This document shows positions 15,098 through 24,816 of a DNA stretch of 64,000 nucleotides, piece after piece. Both the position numbers and the translations under genes were made by a program. The DNA comes from an uncultured Conexibacteraceae bacterium (GTDB lineage Bacteria; Actinomycetota; Thermoleophilia; Solirubrobacterales; 70-9). The stretch spans positions 46,897 through 110,896 of the forward strand of contig CAYXFL010000001.1 of NCBI GenBank assembly GCA_964464285.1, read 5' to 3'. Below the pieces are notes generated by a model. The model was not told the origin of the DNA. It searched no databases and saw nothing but the letters and a program-made list of their open reading frames with translations. Numbering within the stretch: position 1 is the first letter of the stretch; each line of letters begins with the position of its first letter.

Positions 15098-16699
15098 CTA
15101 CGGTGTCTCCGGCGGGTGGCGGGTGATCGCGGAGGAGCGGCCCTGGGTGGCGAGGGTCCAGCGCGAGCGGCGGGTGAAGATCGGGCCGGTCTTGACGCGG
15201 TCGGTCCTGCGGACGAGCAGGAAGCAGGCGAGGGCGCCGAGCAGGGCGATCCCGCCGGCGGCGAAGTAGGTGACCTGGAAGGCGACCACGTGGGCATCGA
15301 TCACGGTCGGGACGATCGTGTCGGCGAGCTGACTCTCCGGCAGGTGTTTGATCCCCGACTGCTCGGCTTCGATGATGACGTCGCGAGCCGCCGCTTCCTG
15401 GTCGGGGGTCGGGTGCAGGCCGGCGGAGGCGATTTTGTCGCGGATGTGGCCGAAGTTGACGCCGAGCTCGACCGCGGTCAGGATCGCGATCCCGAAGGCG
15501 CCGCCGAACTGCTCGGAGGTGTTGATCATCCCCGAGGCCTCGCCGCCGTCCTCCGGCGGCACCGCGGTCAGCCCGGTCGGGTCGTTGACGGTGAGCACGA
15601 TGCCAAGGCCGAGGCCCTGCAGCAGCAGGCCGGGAATCAGCGCGAGCGCGCTCTCCTGGGTGACCGAGACGGCCAGCACGACGCCGGACGCGGCGAGCAC
15701 GAGGAAGCCGGCGACCAGCGGCCAGCGGCCGCCGAAGCGGTCGAAGGCACGGCCGGCCAGCGGGCCGGCGAGGATGATCGGGATCGTCGCCGGGATCAGC
15801 GCGATCCCGGCGGTCGCCGGCGAGACGCCGACCACGAGCAGGAGGAAGAACGGGGTGAGGAAGCCGAGCCCGAGCTCGACCATCCCGGCGAGGAACTGGC
15901 TGATGTTGGCGGCGAGGAAGTTCTCGTGGCGCAGGAGCCGGAACTGGATCATCGGGTTCTTCGCCCGGCGCTCGATCACGACGAAGACCGGGAAGAGCAG
16001 GACGCCGACGACGATCGGGACCACCGTCTGCGGTTCGCCCCAGCCTTCGGTCGCCCCCTGGCTGAGCCCGAAGACGAGCGCGCCGATCGCCAGCGCGAAG
16101 GTCGTGACCCCTGGCAGGTCGAGGTCGCGGGGCGCGCCGGGGTCGGGGTCCAGGCGCGGGGTCGCGCGCAGGGTGAGGAAGATCGCGAGCAGCGCCAGCG
16201 GCACGTTGACGAGGAAGACGAGGCGCCAGTCGATCGAGGTGAGCAGGCCGCCGAGCACCGGCCCGAGCGCGGCGAAGAAGGCCGAGGCGCCGGCCAGGAT
16301 CCCCAGCGCCTGGCCCTTCTTCTCGGCCGGGAAGACGGCGCTGACGATCGCCAGCGCGGTCGGCATCATCAGCGCCGCCCCGGCGCCCTGGAAGGCGCGG
16401 GCGGCGATCGCGAACGGCATGTCGGGCGCCGCCCCCATCGCCGTGGTCGCGACGGCGAACAGGACCGCGCCCCAGAGGAAGACGCGGCGCAGCCCGAAGA
16501 GGTCGCCGAGCCGGCCGCCGAAGACCATCAGCGCCGCCAGCGGCAGGATGTTGGCGGTCATCAGCCACTGCCCCTCGGAGACGCCGCCGCCGAGGTCGTG
16601 GATCGCGTCGGGGCTGGCCAGCGGCACGGCCGTCTGGTCGACCAGGATCATCGAGCTCGACAGCGTCATCGCCGCCAGCGTGATCCTGGCCTTGTTCAT
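15098..16699 (-). CDS. MFS transporter, DHA2 (14-TMS, EmrB/QacA-like)
   Basis: GGRLGDLFGLRRVF (MFS motif A-like), about 14 hydrophobic segments, 533 aa. It starts 4 nt after the rmlC stop. Confidence 0.8.
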   Translation of the reverse strand: MNKARITLAAMTLSSSMILVDQTAVPLASPDAIHDLGGGVSEGQWLMTANILPLAALMVFGGRLGDLFGLRRVFLWGAVLFAVATTAMGAAPDMPFAIAARAFQGAGAALMMPTALAIVSAVFPAEKKGQALGILAGASAFFAALGPVLGGLLTSIDWRLVFLVNVPLALLAIFLTLRATPRLDPDPGAPRDLDLPGVTTFALAIGALVFGLSQGATEGWGEPQTVVPIVVGVLLFPVFVVIERRAKNPMIQFRLLRHENFLAANISQFLAGMVELGLGFLTPFFLLLVVGVSPATAGIALIPATIPIILAGPLAGRAFDRFGGRWPLVAGFLVLAASGVVLAVSVTQESALALIPGLLLQGLGLGIVLTVNDPTGLTAVPPEDGGEASGMINTSEQFGGAFGIAILTAVELGVNFGHIRDKIASAGLHPTPDQEAAARDVIIEAEQSGIKHLPESQLADTIVPTVIDAHVVAFQVTYFAAGGIALLGALACFLLVRRTDRVKTGPIFTRRSRWTLATQGRSSAITRHPPETP

Positions 16700-16703
16700 C
16701 AGC

Positions 16704-17252
16704 TCACCAGGGGAGGGAGTCGGCGATCTCGGAGAGCTTCGGGGCGCTCTGGTCGCGGGCCGAGAGCTGCGGGTCGGCGACGCCCCAATCGACCCCGACC
16801 TCGGGGTCGTCCCAGGCGATCCCGGCCTCGGTCGTCGGGTCGTAGACGCTGGAGACCAGGTAGCAGACGTCGGCCACCTCGCTGAGCACGACGAAGCCGT
16901 GCGCGAACCCGACCGGGATGAAGAGCTGGCGGTGGCGCTCGTCGTCGAGCACGTGCCCCTCCCACTGCCCGTAGGTGGGTGAGTCGCGGCGCAGGTCGAC
17001 GGCGACGTCGAAGATCTGCCCGCGCGCGCAGCGCAGGAGCTTTGCCTGGCCCGGCTCGGTCTGGAAGTGCAGGCCGCGCAGGATGCCCTGGCCCGAGCGC
17101 GAGTGGTTGTGCTGGACGAACTCGGGCTCGACCCCCTGCGCCGCCCAGGCCTCGTGGCTGTAGGTCTCGACGAAGAAGCCGCGCTCGTCGCCGTGGACCT
17201 GGGGCTCGAGCAGGACGACCCCGTCGAGCTTGGTCGCGAGCCGCTCGGGCAT
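16704..17252 (-). CDS. rmlC: dTDP-4-dehydrorhamnose 3,5-epimerase
   Basis: DERGFFVETY, GILRGLHFQ, KLLRCARGQIFDVAVDLR and FIPVGFAHGF are canonical RmlC cupin motifs. Confidence 0.93.
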   Translation of the reverse strand: MPERLATKLDGVVLLEPQVHGDERGFFVETYSHEAWAAQGVEPEFVQHNHSRSGQGILRGLHFQTEPGQAKLLRCARGQIFDVAVDLRRDSPTYGQWEGHVLDDERHRQLFIPVGFAHGFVVLSEVADVCYLVSSVYDPTTEAGIAWDDPEVGVDWGVADPQLSARDQSAPKLSEIADSLPW

Positions 17253-17258
17253 CGGTCC

Positions 17259-18245
17259 CTAGCCCCCCAGCGCCTTCCCGTACTGCTTTTCGTAGTACTC
17301 CCGGTACTCGCCGGAGCGGATCGGCCCCCACCAGTCCTCGTTGTCGCGGTACCAGGCGACGGTTTTCTCGAGCCCCTCGGCGAAGTGGACCTGGGCCTCC
17401 CAGCCGAGCTCGTCGCGCAGCTTCTGCGAGGAGAGCGAGTAGCGGCGGTCGTGGCCGGGGCGGTCCTTGACGTACTCGATCAGCGACTCGTCGGCGCCGG
17501 TCAGCTCGATCACCCGCTGCACCACCTCGAGGTTCTCGCACTCGTCGGGCCCGCCGACGTTGTAGGCCTCGCCGGGGCGGCCGTTCATCAGCACCGCGTG
17601 GATGCCGCGGCAGAAGTCCTCGACGTAGAGCCAGTTGCGGACCTGCTTGCCGTCGCCGTAGATCGGCAGCGAGTCGCCGTGGATCGCGTTCAGGACCATC
17701 AGCGGGATCAGCTTCTCCGGGTACTGGCGCGGGCCGTAGTTGTTCGAGCCGCGCACGATCGAGGCCTCGATCCCGTAGGTGTGGACGTGGGCGGAGACGA
17801 GCAGGTCGCCGGCCGCCTTGGTCGCCGAGTAGGGCGAGGAGGGGTCGAGCGGCGAGGTCTCGGTGAACGAGCCCGACTCGATCGAGCCGTAGACCTCGTC
17901 GGTGGAGACCTGCAGGTAGCGGGAGACGCCGAGCTCGCGGGCGGCGTCGAGCAGGGTGCCGGTGCCGATCACGTGGGTGCGGGCGAAGGCGTCCTGGTCC
18001 TCGATCGAGCGGTCGACGTGCGACTCGGCGGCGAAGTTGACGACCGCGTCGACGCCCTGCATCGCTTCGCGGACGACGGCCGGGTTCTCGATCCCGCCCT
18101 CGATCAGTGTGGTGCCCTCGGGCAGGTTCTCGCGCCGGCCGGCGTAGGTGAGCTTGTCGAGGACGACGACGTCGTGCTCGGTGCCGGCGATGCGGACGTA
18201 GGTCGAGCCGATGAAACCGGCGGCGCCGGTCACCAGGAGCTTCAT
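17259..18245 (-). CDS. rmlB: dTDP-glucose 4,6-dehydratase
   Basis: MKLLVTGAAGFIGS, STDEVYG, YSATKAAGD and DRPGHDRRY. The start at 18245 overlaps the rmlD stop (ATGA). Confidence 0.93.
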   Translation of the reverse strand: MKLLVTGAAGFIGSTYVRIAGTEHDVVVLDKLTYAGRRENLPEGTTLIEGGIENPAVVREAMQGVDAVVNFAAESHVDRSIEDQDAFARTHVIGTGTLLDAARELGVSRYLQVSTDEVYGSIESGSFTETSPLDPSSPYSATKAAGDLLVSAHVHTYGIEASIVRGSNNYGPRQYPEKLIPLMVLNAIHGDSLPIYGDGKQVRNWLYVEDFCRGIHAVLMNGRPGEAYNVGGPDECENLEVVQRVIELTGADESLIEYVKDRPGHDRRYSLSSQKLRDELGWEAQVHFAEGLEKTVAWYRDNEDWWGPIRSGEYREYYEKQYGKALGG

Positions 18246-19090
18246 GAGGTTTCCTCCCCTTTGCGTTGGGCCAGATAGCCGGCCAGCCCGTCCTGCCAGG
18301 AGGGCAGCCGGATCGCGTGCTCGCGCTGGCTGGTCAGGGCCGAGAACGGCGGACGTGCCGCCGGCCGGCCGAATTCCTCGGTCGAGACCGAGAGGACTTT
18401 GCAGTCGACCTTCGCCTGCTCGAAGATCTCGCGCGCGAACTCGTACCAGGAGCACTGCCCGGCGGCGGCCATGTGGTAGATCCCGAACTCGGGTCCCTCG
18501 ATCAGCCGCACGATCCCGTAGGCGAGATGCCAGGTGTAGGTCGGCGAGCCGATCTGGTCGCGCACGACCAGGACCTCGCTCTGGCCGTCGGCCAGCCGCA
18601 GCATCGTCTCGACGAAGTTGTTGCCGCCGGCGCCGAAGAGGCCGGCCGAGCGGACCACGAAGTGGCGGCTGTTGGCGGTCGCGGTCGCCTCCTCGCCGGC
18701 CAGCTTGGTGCGGCCGTAGGCGGAGAGCGGGGCGGGCTGGTCGCTCTCGACGTAGGGCTCGCCCTTGGCCCCGTCGAAGACGTAGTCGGTGGAGACGTAG
18801 ACGACGCTGGCGCCGACCGCGGCGGCCGCCGCGGCGACGTTGCCGGCGCCGGCGCCGTTGACCGCGAGCGCCTCGGGCTCGGCCGTCTCGGCCCCGTCGA
18901 CGTCGGTCCAGGCGGCGCTGTTGATCACCACGTCGGGCCGCTCGAGCTCGATCTTGCGGCTGACCTGCGCGGCGTCGGCGACGTCGAGCTCGGTGCGCCC
19001 GAACCCGACCACCTCGTGGCCGGCGTTGCCGGCGGCGAGCATCAGGTCACGGCCGAGCATCCCGGCGGCCCCGGTGACGAGGAGCTTCAC
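18242..19090 (-). CDS. rmlD: dTDP-4-dehydrorhamnose reductase
   Basis: MKLLVTGAAGMLG, STDYVFDG, YGRTKLAGE and VRDQIGSPTY are typical RmlD motifs. Confidence 0.92.
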   Translation of the reverse strand: MKLLVTGAAGMLGRDLMLAAGNAGHEVVGFGRTELDVADAAQVSRKIELERPDVVINSAAWTDVDGAETAEPEALAVNGAGAGNVAAAAAAVGASVVYVSTDYVFDGAKGEPYVESDQPAPLSAYGRTKLAGEEATATANSRHFVVRSAGLFGAGGNNFVETMLRLADGQSEVLVVRDQIGSPTYTWHLAYGIVRLIEGPEFGIYHMAAAGQCSWYEFAREIFEQAKVDCKVLSVSTEEFGRPAARPPFSALTSQREHAIRLPSWQDGLAGYLAQRKGEETS

Positions 19091-19150
19091 GCGAAGGTCA
19101 CTTTGGGCGGACAGTCCTGCATTCCGGGCACAGTAGTGATTGCGCCCGGC

Positions 19151-20422
19151 TCAAGCGACGAAGGACCAGAGCGCGAACTGGGCCGTGAGCGCCCCCATCG
19201 CCGCGGCGGAGACGGCAACCGCGGCCGTCGTCGCCCGGCGCCGCTCGCAGACCACCGCCAGCCAGATGAAGACCGGGAAGAGCACGGCGACGAAGCGCGG
19301 CACCGACCACAGCGGCGTGCCCGGCGCCTGCGACATCAGCAGCGGCAGCAGCGAGACGAGGACCCAGGCTCCGTAGGCGGCCGGGAGGATGCGCAGCGCC
19401 CCGACCCCGCCGACGACGGCGAAGGCGAAGAACGCAAGCCCGATCAGGTTGAGGTAGGCGTGAGTTCCCGCGGCGGTGCCCTCGGCGAGGTCGCCGATCG
19501 CGATCCCCGCCTCCCGCACCCCGGCCCAGGCGCCGTTCAGGGGGTCGACGGTCTGGCGGCCGAACACCTCCTGCGCGTCGAGCCAGGCACTCGCGTCGCC
19601 GACCGCGAAGTGCAGGTAGAGGCTGAAGGCGAGCAGCCCGAGCGGCGCCAGCGCCAGCCAGGCCAGGTCGGGGCGCAGCGGGTAGCGCGGCCGCCAGCCG
19701 CGCCGCGGGCCCGGCTCACGATCGGAGCGCGGCCCGTACAGGTAGAGCAGGGCGACCGGGACGACGAGCAGCAGGCCCGGCGCGCGGACCGCCGAGGCGA
19801 GCGCGAGGACGAGGCCCGCCACCGCCCAGTGGCCGGTTCGGGCGGCCAGGAAGGCGGCGACCGCGAGCAGCAGGAAGAGCGACTCGGAGTAGGGGATGCC
19901 GTAGAAGAACGCGGCCGGGAAGAAGGCGAGCAGGAGCAGCGCCGGCCGCGCGTAGCGGGCGCCGAGCTCGATCGCGATCAGCCGGTGCAGCAGCGTGAGC
20001 GCGGCGAAGAAGCAGGCGAGCGAGACCGCGTAGGCGACGATCAAGACCAGGGCGGGGCTGGCCGCGAAGCCGCTCAGCAGGTGCACCGCGCCGGGGAAGA
20101 GCGGGAAGAAGGCCGCCCGCCGGTCCTCCGCCGGCAGGCCGGGCTGGCCTTCCGCGTAGCCGTCGACGGCGATCGTCAGGTAGTGCAGGCTGTCCCACTT
20201 CGCCAGCGGCGCGAAGGTGACGTCGAGCAGGTTGGTCGCCGGCCAGGCGGCGAACGGGTGCGCGAGCTGGTCGTAGACCGGCTCGGCGGCAAACGGCAGG
20301 GCGGCGAGGACGACCCAGGCGGCGACCGCGAAGACGACCAGGCGGCTGGTCCAGAAGACCCGCCAGGCTTCCCCGGCGCTCTCGCGCCAGTCCCAGCTGA
20401 TCCTCCCCCACCAGCCCTTCAT
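19151..20422 (-). CDS. polytopic membrane glycosyltransferase, PIG-V/GT76-like (GT-C fold)
   Basis: WDSLHYLTIAVDGY ... AFFPLFP resembles the PIG-V mannosyltransferase signature. About 10 TM segments. It sits between rmlA and rmlD. Confidence 0.6.
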   Translation of the reverse strand: MKGWWGRISWDWRESAGEAWRVFWTSRLVVFAVAAWVVLAALPFAAEPVYDQLAHPFAAWPATNLLDVTFAPLAKWDSLHYLTIAVDGYAEGQPGLPAEDRRAAFFPLFPGAVHLLSGFAASPALVLIVAYAVSLACFFAALTLLHRLIAIELGARYARPALLLLAFFPAAFFYGIPYSESLFLLLAVAAFLAARTGHWAVAGLVLALASAVRAPGLLLVVPVALLYLYGPRSDREPGPRRGWRPRYPLRPDLAWLALAPLGLLAFSLYLHFAVGDASAWLDAQEVFGRQTVDPLNGAWAGVREAGIAIGDLAEGTAAGTHAYLNLIGLAFFAFAVVGGVGALRILPAAYGAWVLVSLLPLLMSQAPGTPLWSVPRFVAVLFPVFIWLAVVCERRRATTAAVAVSAAAMGALTAQFALWSFVA

Positions 20423-20440
20423 TCGGCCCCCGCAGGCGGT

Positions 20441-21520
20441 CTAGACGATTTTGATCTCGGAGCGGTCGCCGACCAGCAGGCGGAGGGTTTTCGGAACCCC
20501 GTCGGAGCGGGTCAGCTTCACGTTGCGACCCAGCAGGCTGGCCTCCATCCGGGTGCCGAGGTCCTCGACCACCGAGCCGCTGAGGATGATCGAGTGCTCG
20601 ACCTCGGAGCGGCGCACGTGGACGCCCTCGCCGATCGAGGTGTAGGGGCCGATGTAGGCGTCCTCGATCTCGGCGCCGGCGCCGATCACGGCGGGGCCGC
20701 GGACGACCGAGCGGTGCAGCTTGGCGCCGGGCTCGAGCACGACCCGGCCCTCGACCCGGGAGTCCTCGTCGACCTCGCCCTCGACCGAGGTCTGCAGCTC
20801 CTCGAGGACCAGGCGGTTGGCCTCGAGCATGTCGGCGAGCTGGCCGGTGTCCTTCCACCAGCCGCGCACCACCTCCGACTGGACCGGGCGCCGGTCGTCG
20901 ATCAGCTTCTGGATCGCCTCGGTGATCTCGAGCTCGCCGCGCCAGGAGGGCTCCAGCGAGCGGGCGGCCTCGAAGATCGAGGTGTTGAAGAGGTAGACGC
21001 CCACCAGGGCGAGGTTCGAGGGCGGGTCTTTGGGCTTCTCGATCAGCCGCACGATCCCGCCGTTGCCGTCGAGCTCGGCGACGCCGTAGGACTGCGGGTC
21101 GTCGACCGGGGTGAGCAGGATCAGCGCCTCCGGCTCGTCGGCGCGGAAGGTCGAGACGAGGCCGCGCAGGCCGTCGCGCAGGAGGTTGTCGCCGAGGTAC
21201 ATGACGAACGGCGAGGAGCCGATGAACGGCTCCGCGGTCAGCACCGCGTGGGCGAGCCCGGCCGGCTTGTCCTGGACGATGTAGGTGATCTCGGCGCCGA
21301 ACTGGGAGCCGTCGCCGGCCGCCTCGCGGATCTCCTCGCCGGTCTCCGGGGCGATGATGATCCCGATCTCCTTGACGCCCGCGTCGACCAGCGCCTCGAT
21401 CCCGTAAAACAGCACGGGCTTGTTGGCGACGGGCACGAGCTGCTTCGCCGAGGTGTGGGTGATGGGGCGCAGGCGGGTGCCGGCGCCGCCGGAGAGGATC
21501 AGTCCCTTCAGGGGCTCCAT
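20441..21520 (-). CDS. rmlA: glucose-1-phosphate thymidylyltransferase (long form with C-terminal LbH domain)
   Basis: This is the C-terminal 359 aa of the 669-aa track ORF. It has the GLILSGGAGTRLRPITHTSAKQLVPVANKP nucleotidyltransferase signature, followed by a hexapeptide-repeat-like tail. Confidence 0.9.
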   Translation of the reverse strand: MEPLKGLILSGGAGTRLRPITHTSAKQLVPVANKPVLFYGIEALVDAGVKEIGIIIAPETGEEIREAAGDGSQFGAEITYIVQDKPAGLAHAVLTAEPFIGSSPFVMYLGDNLLRDGLRGLVSTFRADEPEALILLTPVDDPQSYGVAELDGNGGIVRLIEKPKDPPSNLALVGVYLFNTSIFEAARSLEPSWRGELEITEAIQKLIDDRRPVQSEVVRGWWKDTGQLADMLEANRLVLEELQTSVEGEVDEDSRVEGRVVLEPGAKLHRSVVRGPAVIGAGAEIEDAYIGPYTSIGEGVHVRRSEVEHSIILSGSVVEDLGTRMEASLLGRNVKLTRSDGVPKTLRLLVGDRSEIKIV

Positions 21521-21556
21521 GCGAGGCTGCAACCCTACCCACTGCGGAAAGGTGCT

Positions 21557-22486
21557 GTGCGCGCGACGGTTTACATCCCAAACTTCGAAGGCGAGCGCTG
21601 GCTCGGCCGGGCGCTGGCGAGCCTGCGCGAGCAGAGCCGCCCAGCCGACGTGGTCGTGGTCGACAACGGCTCCGCCGACGGCTCGATCGAGCTGGTCCGG
21701 ACCGGGTTCCCGGAGGTGCGGCTGCTGGAGCTGGGGAGCAACCTCGGCTTCGGCGCGGCGCTGAACCGGGCGGTGGCCGCGCACCCGGCCGAGGCGATCG
21801 TGCTGTTCAACAACGACGCCGCCGCCGAGCCGCGCTTCCTCGAGGCGCTGCTCGCCGGGCTCGGCGCCGGGATCGACTCGGTGGCCGGGGTGCTGACCCA
21901 GGAACGCGACCCCGGCCTGATCGACTCTGCCGGCGTGGTCGCCGACGCGACCCTGATGGGGTTCGACCACCTGCACGGAGAGGCGGCCGAGGCGGCGCTG
22001 GCGGCACCGGACCCGCTCGGCCCGACCGGCGGCGCGGCGCTCTACCGCGGCGACGCCTTCGCCGCGGTCGGCGGCTTCGACGAGCGGATCTTCCTCTACT
22101 ACGAGGACCTCGACCTGGCCCTGCGGATCGCCGCCAACGGCGGCCGCTGCCGGCTCGCCGGCGAGGCGCGCGCGATCCACGCCTACTCGGCCAGCCTCGG
22201 CGCCGGCTCGGGCCGCAAGTACGAGCGCACCGGCTGGAGCCGCGCCTACATGCTGCGCCGCTACGGCGTCATGCGCGACCCCCACCTGGCGCTGCGCGCG
22301 CTCGCCTGCGAGGGAGCCCTCTGCGCCGGCCAGCTGCTCAGGGACCGCACCGCCAAGGGCGTCACCGGACGGCTGCGCGGCTGGCGCGACGCGGCCGGGC
22401 TGGCGCGACGCGACGTCGACGGTGCCCCGCTGCTCGACCTCAGCGCCCACGAGGCGCTGGCCCTGCGGCGACGCCGTCGGGGCTAG
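21557..22486 (+). CDS. GT2 glycosyltransferase
   Basis: This is the C-terminal part of the 1406-aa track ORF. Motifs VVVVDNGSADGS, NLGFGAALN, LFNNDA and YYEDLDLALR. In-frame GTG at 21557; the start is uncertain by a few codons. Confidence 0.75.
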   Translation: MRATVYIPNFEGERWLGRALASLREQSRPADVVVVDNGSADGSIELVRTGFPEVRLLELGSNLGFGAALNRAVAAHPAEAIVLFNNDAAAEPRFLEALLAGLGAGIDSVAGVLTQERDPGLIDSAGVVADATLMGFDHLHGEAAEAALAAPDPLGPTGGAALYRGDAFAAVGGFDERIFLYYEDLDLALRIAANGGRCRLAGEARAIHAYSASLGAGSGRKYERTGWSRAYMLRRYGVMRDPHLALRALACEGALCAGQLLRDRTAKGVTGRLRGWRDAAGLARRDVDGAPLLDLSAHEALALRRRRRG

Positions 22487-22495
22487 CGCGCTGGC

Positions 22496-22915
22496 CTAGC
22501 GCGCGATCCGCGCAAAGAGACGACGGGCGGCGCCGCGCGGGCCGGAGCGCAGGTGGGCGACGGTCGCGGCGAGCTCGGCGTTGTCGGCCTCGAGCTGGGC
22601 GACGTGGGTGCGCAGCTGCTCGATCGCGCCGCGCTGCTCGCGCTGGCCGGCCAGCGCCTCCTGGAAGTGCGCCTCGATCGCGTCGCGTTCGGCGATCAGG
22701 CGGGCGAGACGGCGCGAGGCCGGCATCGAGTCCTGGCGCGGAGCCTGGCTGCGGCCCGTGCTGAGGCTGCGGACTTCAGCGGCGAGGCGGGTGTTCACGC
22801 GCAGCAGCTCCTCGACCCGGCGGTCCTCGTCGGCCGGGGGCCCGGGAGCGGCCGGCGGCGCGGCGGCGGCCGGCTCGGCCGCGGGCCGGCTCAGCTCGGG
22901 GCCGGAGCTATCCAT
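22496..22915 (-). CDS. small coiled-coil protein with P/A-rich N-terminus
   Basis: Heptad-like sequence EELLRVNTRLAAEVRSL ... AIEQLRTHVAQLEADNAELAATVAHL. It overlaps the 3' end of the upstream GT gene by 25 nt. Confidence 0.5.
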   Translation of the reverse strand: MDSSGPELSRPAAEPAAAAPPAAPGPPADEDRRVEELLRVNTRLAAEVRSLSTGRSQAPRQDSMPASRRLARLIAERDAIEAHFQEALAGQREQRGAIEQLRTHVAQLEADNAELAATVAHLRSGPRGAARRLFARIAR

Positions 22916-24816
22916 CGCGTGCGCCGTGTCCGGTTGCGCGAGACCGATTCGGCCCAGCCGTGGTCCTGCAGCTCCTGGCCGTGGCCGCGCAGGACCGAGC
23001 CGGGCAGGACCCGGTAGCGGGCGAGACGCTCGGGGACGACGGCGCCGAAGCGGCCCTCCTGGCGCAGCCAGCGGTAGAGCTCCCAGTCGGAGTGCATCGA
23101 GCCCTCCGGCCCGTAGTGGTAGCCGAGCTCGGTGAACAGGCGGCGCGGCAGCATCGCCAGCGTGTCGCCGTCCCAGTTGCGATCGTCGTCCTCGACCACG
23201 CCATTTCCGAGCGCAGCGTAGCCGTGTTCGGGCGGCATTTCCTCACCATTTTCGTCGATCATCCGCAGCCAGCAGGTGACGTAGGAGAGGTCCGGGCGGG
23301 CCGCGTAGGCGCGCAGGGCGCGCTCGACGAAGCGCGGCTCGAGCAGGTTGTCGGCGTCGAGCATGACCAGGTACTCGCCGCGGGCGAGGACGGCAGCGAG
23401 GTTGCGGGCCGAGGACTCGCCCGCGTTGGCCTGGGTGACGACGGTGACCCGCGGGTCCTCGGCGAGCTCCCCGAGCACCGCGTCGGCGGGCGCGAAGGAG
23501 CCGTCGTTGACGACCAGCACCTCGAGCAGCCGGTGGGTCTGGGCGAGCGCCGAGCCGACCGCCTCGGCGACGAAGCGCGAGGCTCCGTGGTAGGGCACGA
23601 TCGCGCTGACCGCCGGCTCCGCGACCGGCGTCAGAACCGCGCCCGGGCGGGGCGCCGGGGCGGGCGGCAGCGGCTGGGCGCCGCGCGCCGCGCCGAGCTC
23701 GACCGCGAGGCCGTCGTAGGCGGCGAGCGTGCGCGCCGGGTCGGCGAGCCGGGCCGCGTGGGCGGCGATCGCGCCGTCCGCGCGCAGGCGCTCGAGCCGC
23801 TCGGGCGCGGCGAGCAGCGGCGCGAGGGCGCGGGCGAGCGCCCGCGGCCCGAAGTCCTCGGCGAGCCAGCCGGTGACGCCGTCGACGACCAGCTCGGTGT
23901 GGCCGCCGACCGGCGTCGCCAGCAGCGGCAGGCCGGCGCCCAGGGCGAGCTCGCCGACCTCGCTCGCGGCCTGCACCCGGTCGGCGAGGACGACCAGGTC
24001 GGCAGCGGCGAGCAGCGCCGCGCCGCCGTCCCCGGGCTGCTCGAGCACCCGCACCCGCGGGTCCTCGTCGGCCATCGCCGCGAGGCTCTCGCGCACCGAC
24101 TGGCCCATCGTCGCGGTGCGGGTGTCGGCGCCGGCCAGGGTCAGCTCCCAGCCGTCGTGGTCGAGCGAGAGACAGGCGGAGAGCAGGTCGAGGACGCCGC
24201 GCGAGCGGCGCAGCTCAGCGAGGCAGAGGATGCGCAGCGGCCCGCCCGGGGACGGCCGCGGCGACGGCGGCGGCGACGGCGGCGGCGACGCGGCGGGCGG
24301 CACGCCGGCGCGCAGGCCGATCGCCGGCGCAGCGGCGCCGTAATAGCGGCTGTAGAGGGCGAGCGTGTCGCCGCCGGCGGCCAGCAGGCGGTCGGCCCCG
24401 GAGAGCTGCCAGCGCTCGAGCTCGGCCGCGCGCCGCTGCTCGGGCAGGCCGATCAGGCCGTCGTGGAGCGCCCGCAGCTCGGCGCTCGGCGCCGCCCGCA
24501 CGCCGACCGCGGTGGCCGTGAGCAGCGGGTCGCCGGTCTGCCGCGCCTGCAGCGCGACGAAGCCGAGCGGCTCGCCGTCGCGGACCTCGAGGTAGTCGGG
24601 GCCGCGCTCGCCGTAGTGGGCGCGGATCGCCTCCATCACCCCGGCCGCGCGCCGGTGCCCCTCGCCGCAGAAGGTGAGGGCCAGCGCCTCCTCGCTCGGC
24701 TCGGCCGGCGGCTCGACCACGACGACCTCGTGCGCGCCGCCGAGCAGCGCCGCCAGGCGCCGGACGCTCGCGTCCCCCGGCCGCCCCTGCCCCGGCGCGA
24801 CCAGGCAGATCCTCAC
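22891..24816 (-). CDS. bifunctional glycosyltransferase: N-terminal GT-B (GT4-like) fused to C-terminal GT2
   Basis: The GT4-like part reads LLATPVGGHTELVVDGVTGWL. The GT2 part reads VSAIVPYHG..., VVNDGS and VMLDADN. A (PPPS)n linker joins them. The GTG start overlaps the upstream stop. Confidence 0.8.
   Translation of the reverse strand: MRICLVAPGQGRPGDASVRRLAALLGGAHEVVVVEPPAEPSEEALALTFCGEGHRRAAGVMEAIRAHYGERGPDYLEVRDGEPLGFVALQARQTGDPLLTATAVGVRAAPSAELRALHDGLIGLPEQRRAAELERWQLSGADRLLAAGGDTLALYSRYYGAAAPAIGLRAGVPPAASPPPSPPPSPRPSPGGPLRILCLAELRRSRGVLDLLSACLSLDHDGWELTLAGADTRTATMGQSVRESLAAMADEDPRVRVLEQPGDGGAALLAAADLVVLADRVQAASEVGELALGAGLPLLATPVGGHTELVVDGVTGWLAEDFGPRALARALAPLLAAPERLERLRADGAIAAHAARLADPARTLAAYDGLAVELGAARGAQPLPPAPAPRPGAVLTPVAEPAVSAIVPYHGASRFVAEAVGSALAQTHRLLEVLVVNDGSFAPADAVLGELAEDPRVTVVTQANAGESSARNLAAVLARGEYLVMLDADNLLEPRFVERALRAYAARPDLSYVTCWLRMIDENGEEMPPEHGYAALGNGVVEDDDRNWDGDTLAMLPRRLFTELGYHYGPEGSMHSDWELYRWLRQEGRFGAVVPERLARYRVLPGSVLRGHGQELQDHGWAESVSRNRTRRTRWIAPAPS

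Noticed and set aside
18266-22486. 1406-aa plus-strand ORF across the rml operon
   Set aside because: It is an antisense shadow of rmlD, the PIG-V-like gene and rmlA, with low-complexity G/R/D/E-rich translation. Only the final ~310 aa (21557-22486) resemble a GT2.
24251-24298. Four imperfect 12-nt tandem units (GACGGCGGCGGC-like) inside the GT4-GT2 fusion gene
   Set aside because: They encode the (PPPS)n interdomain linker. The unit length is a multiple of three, so slippage would only change linker length. This is not a phase-variation switch.
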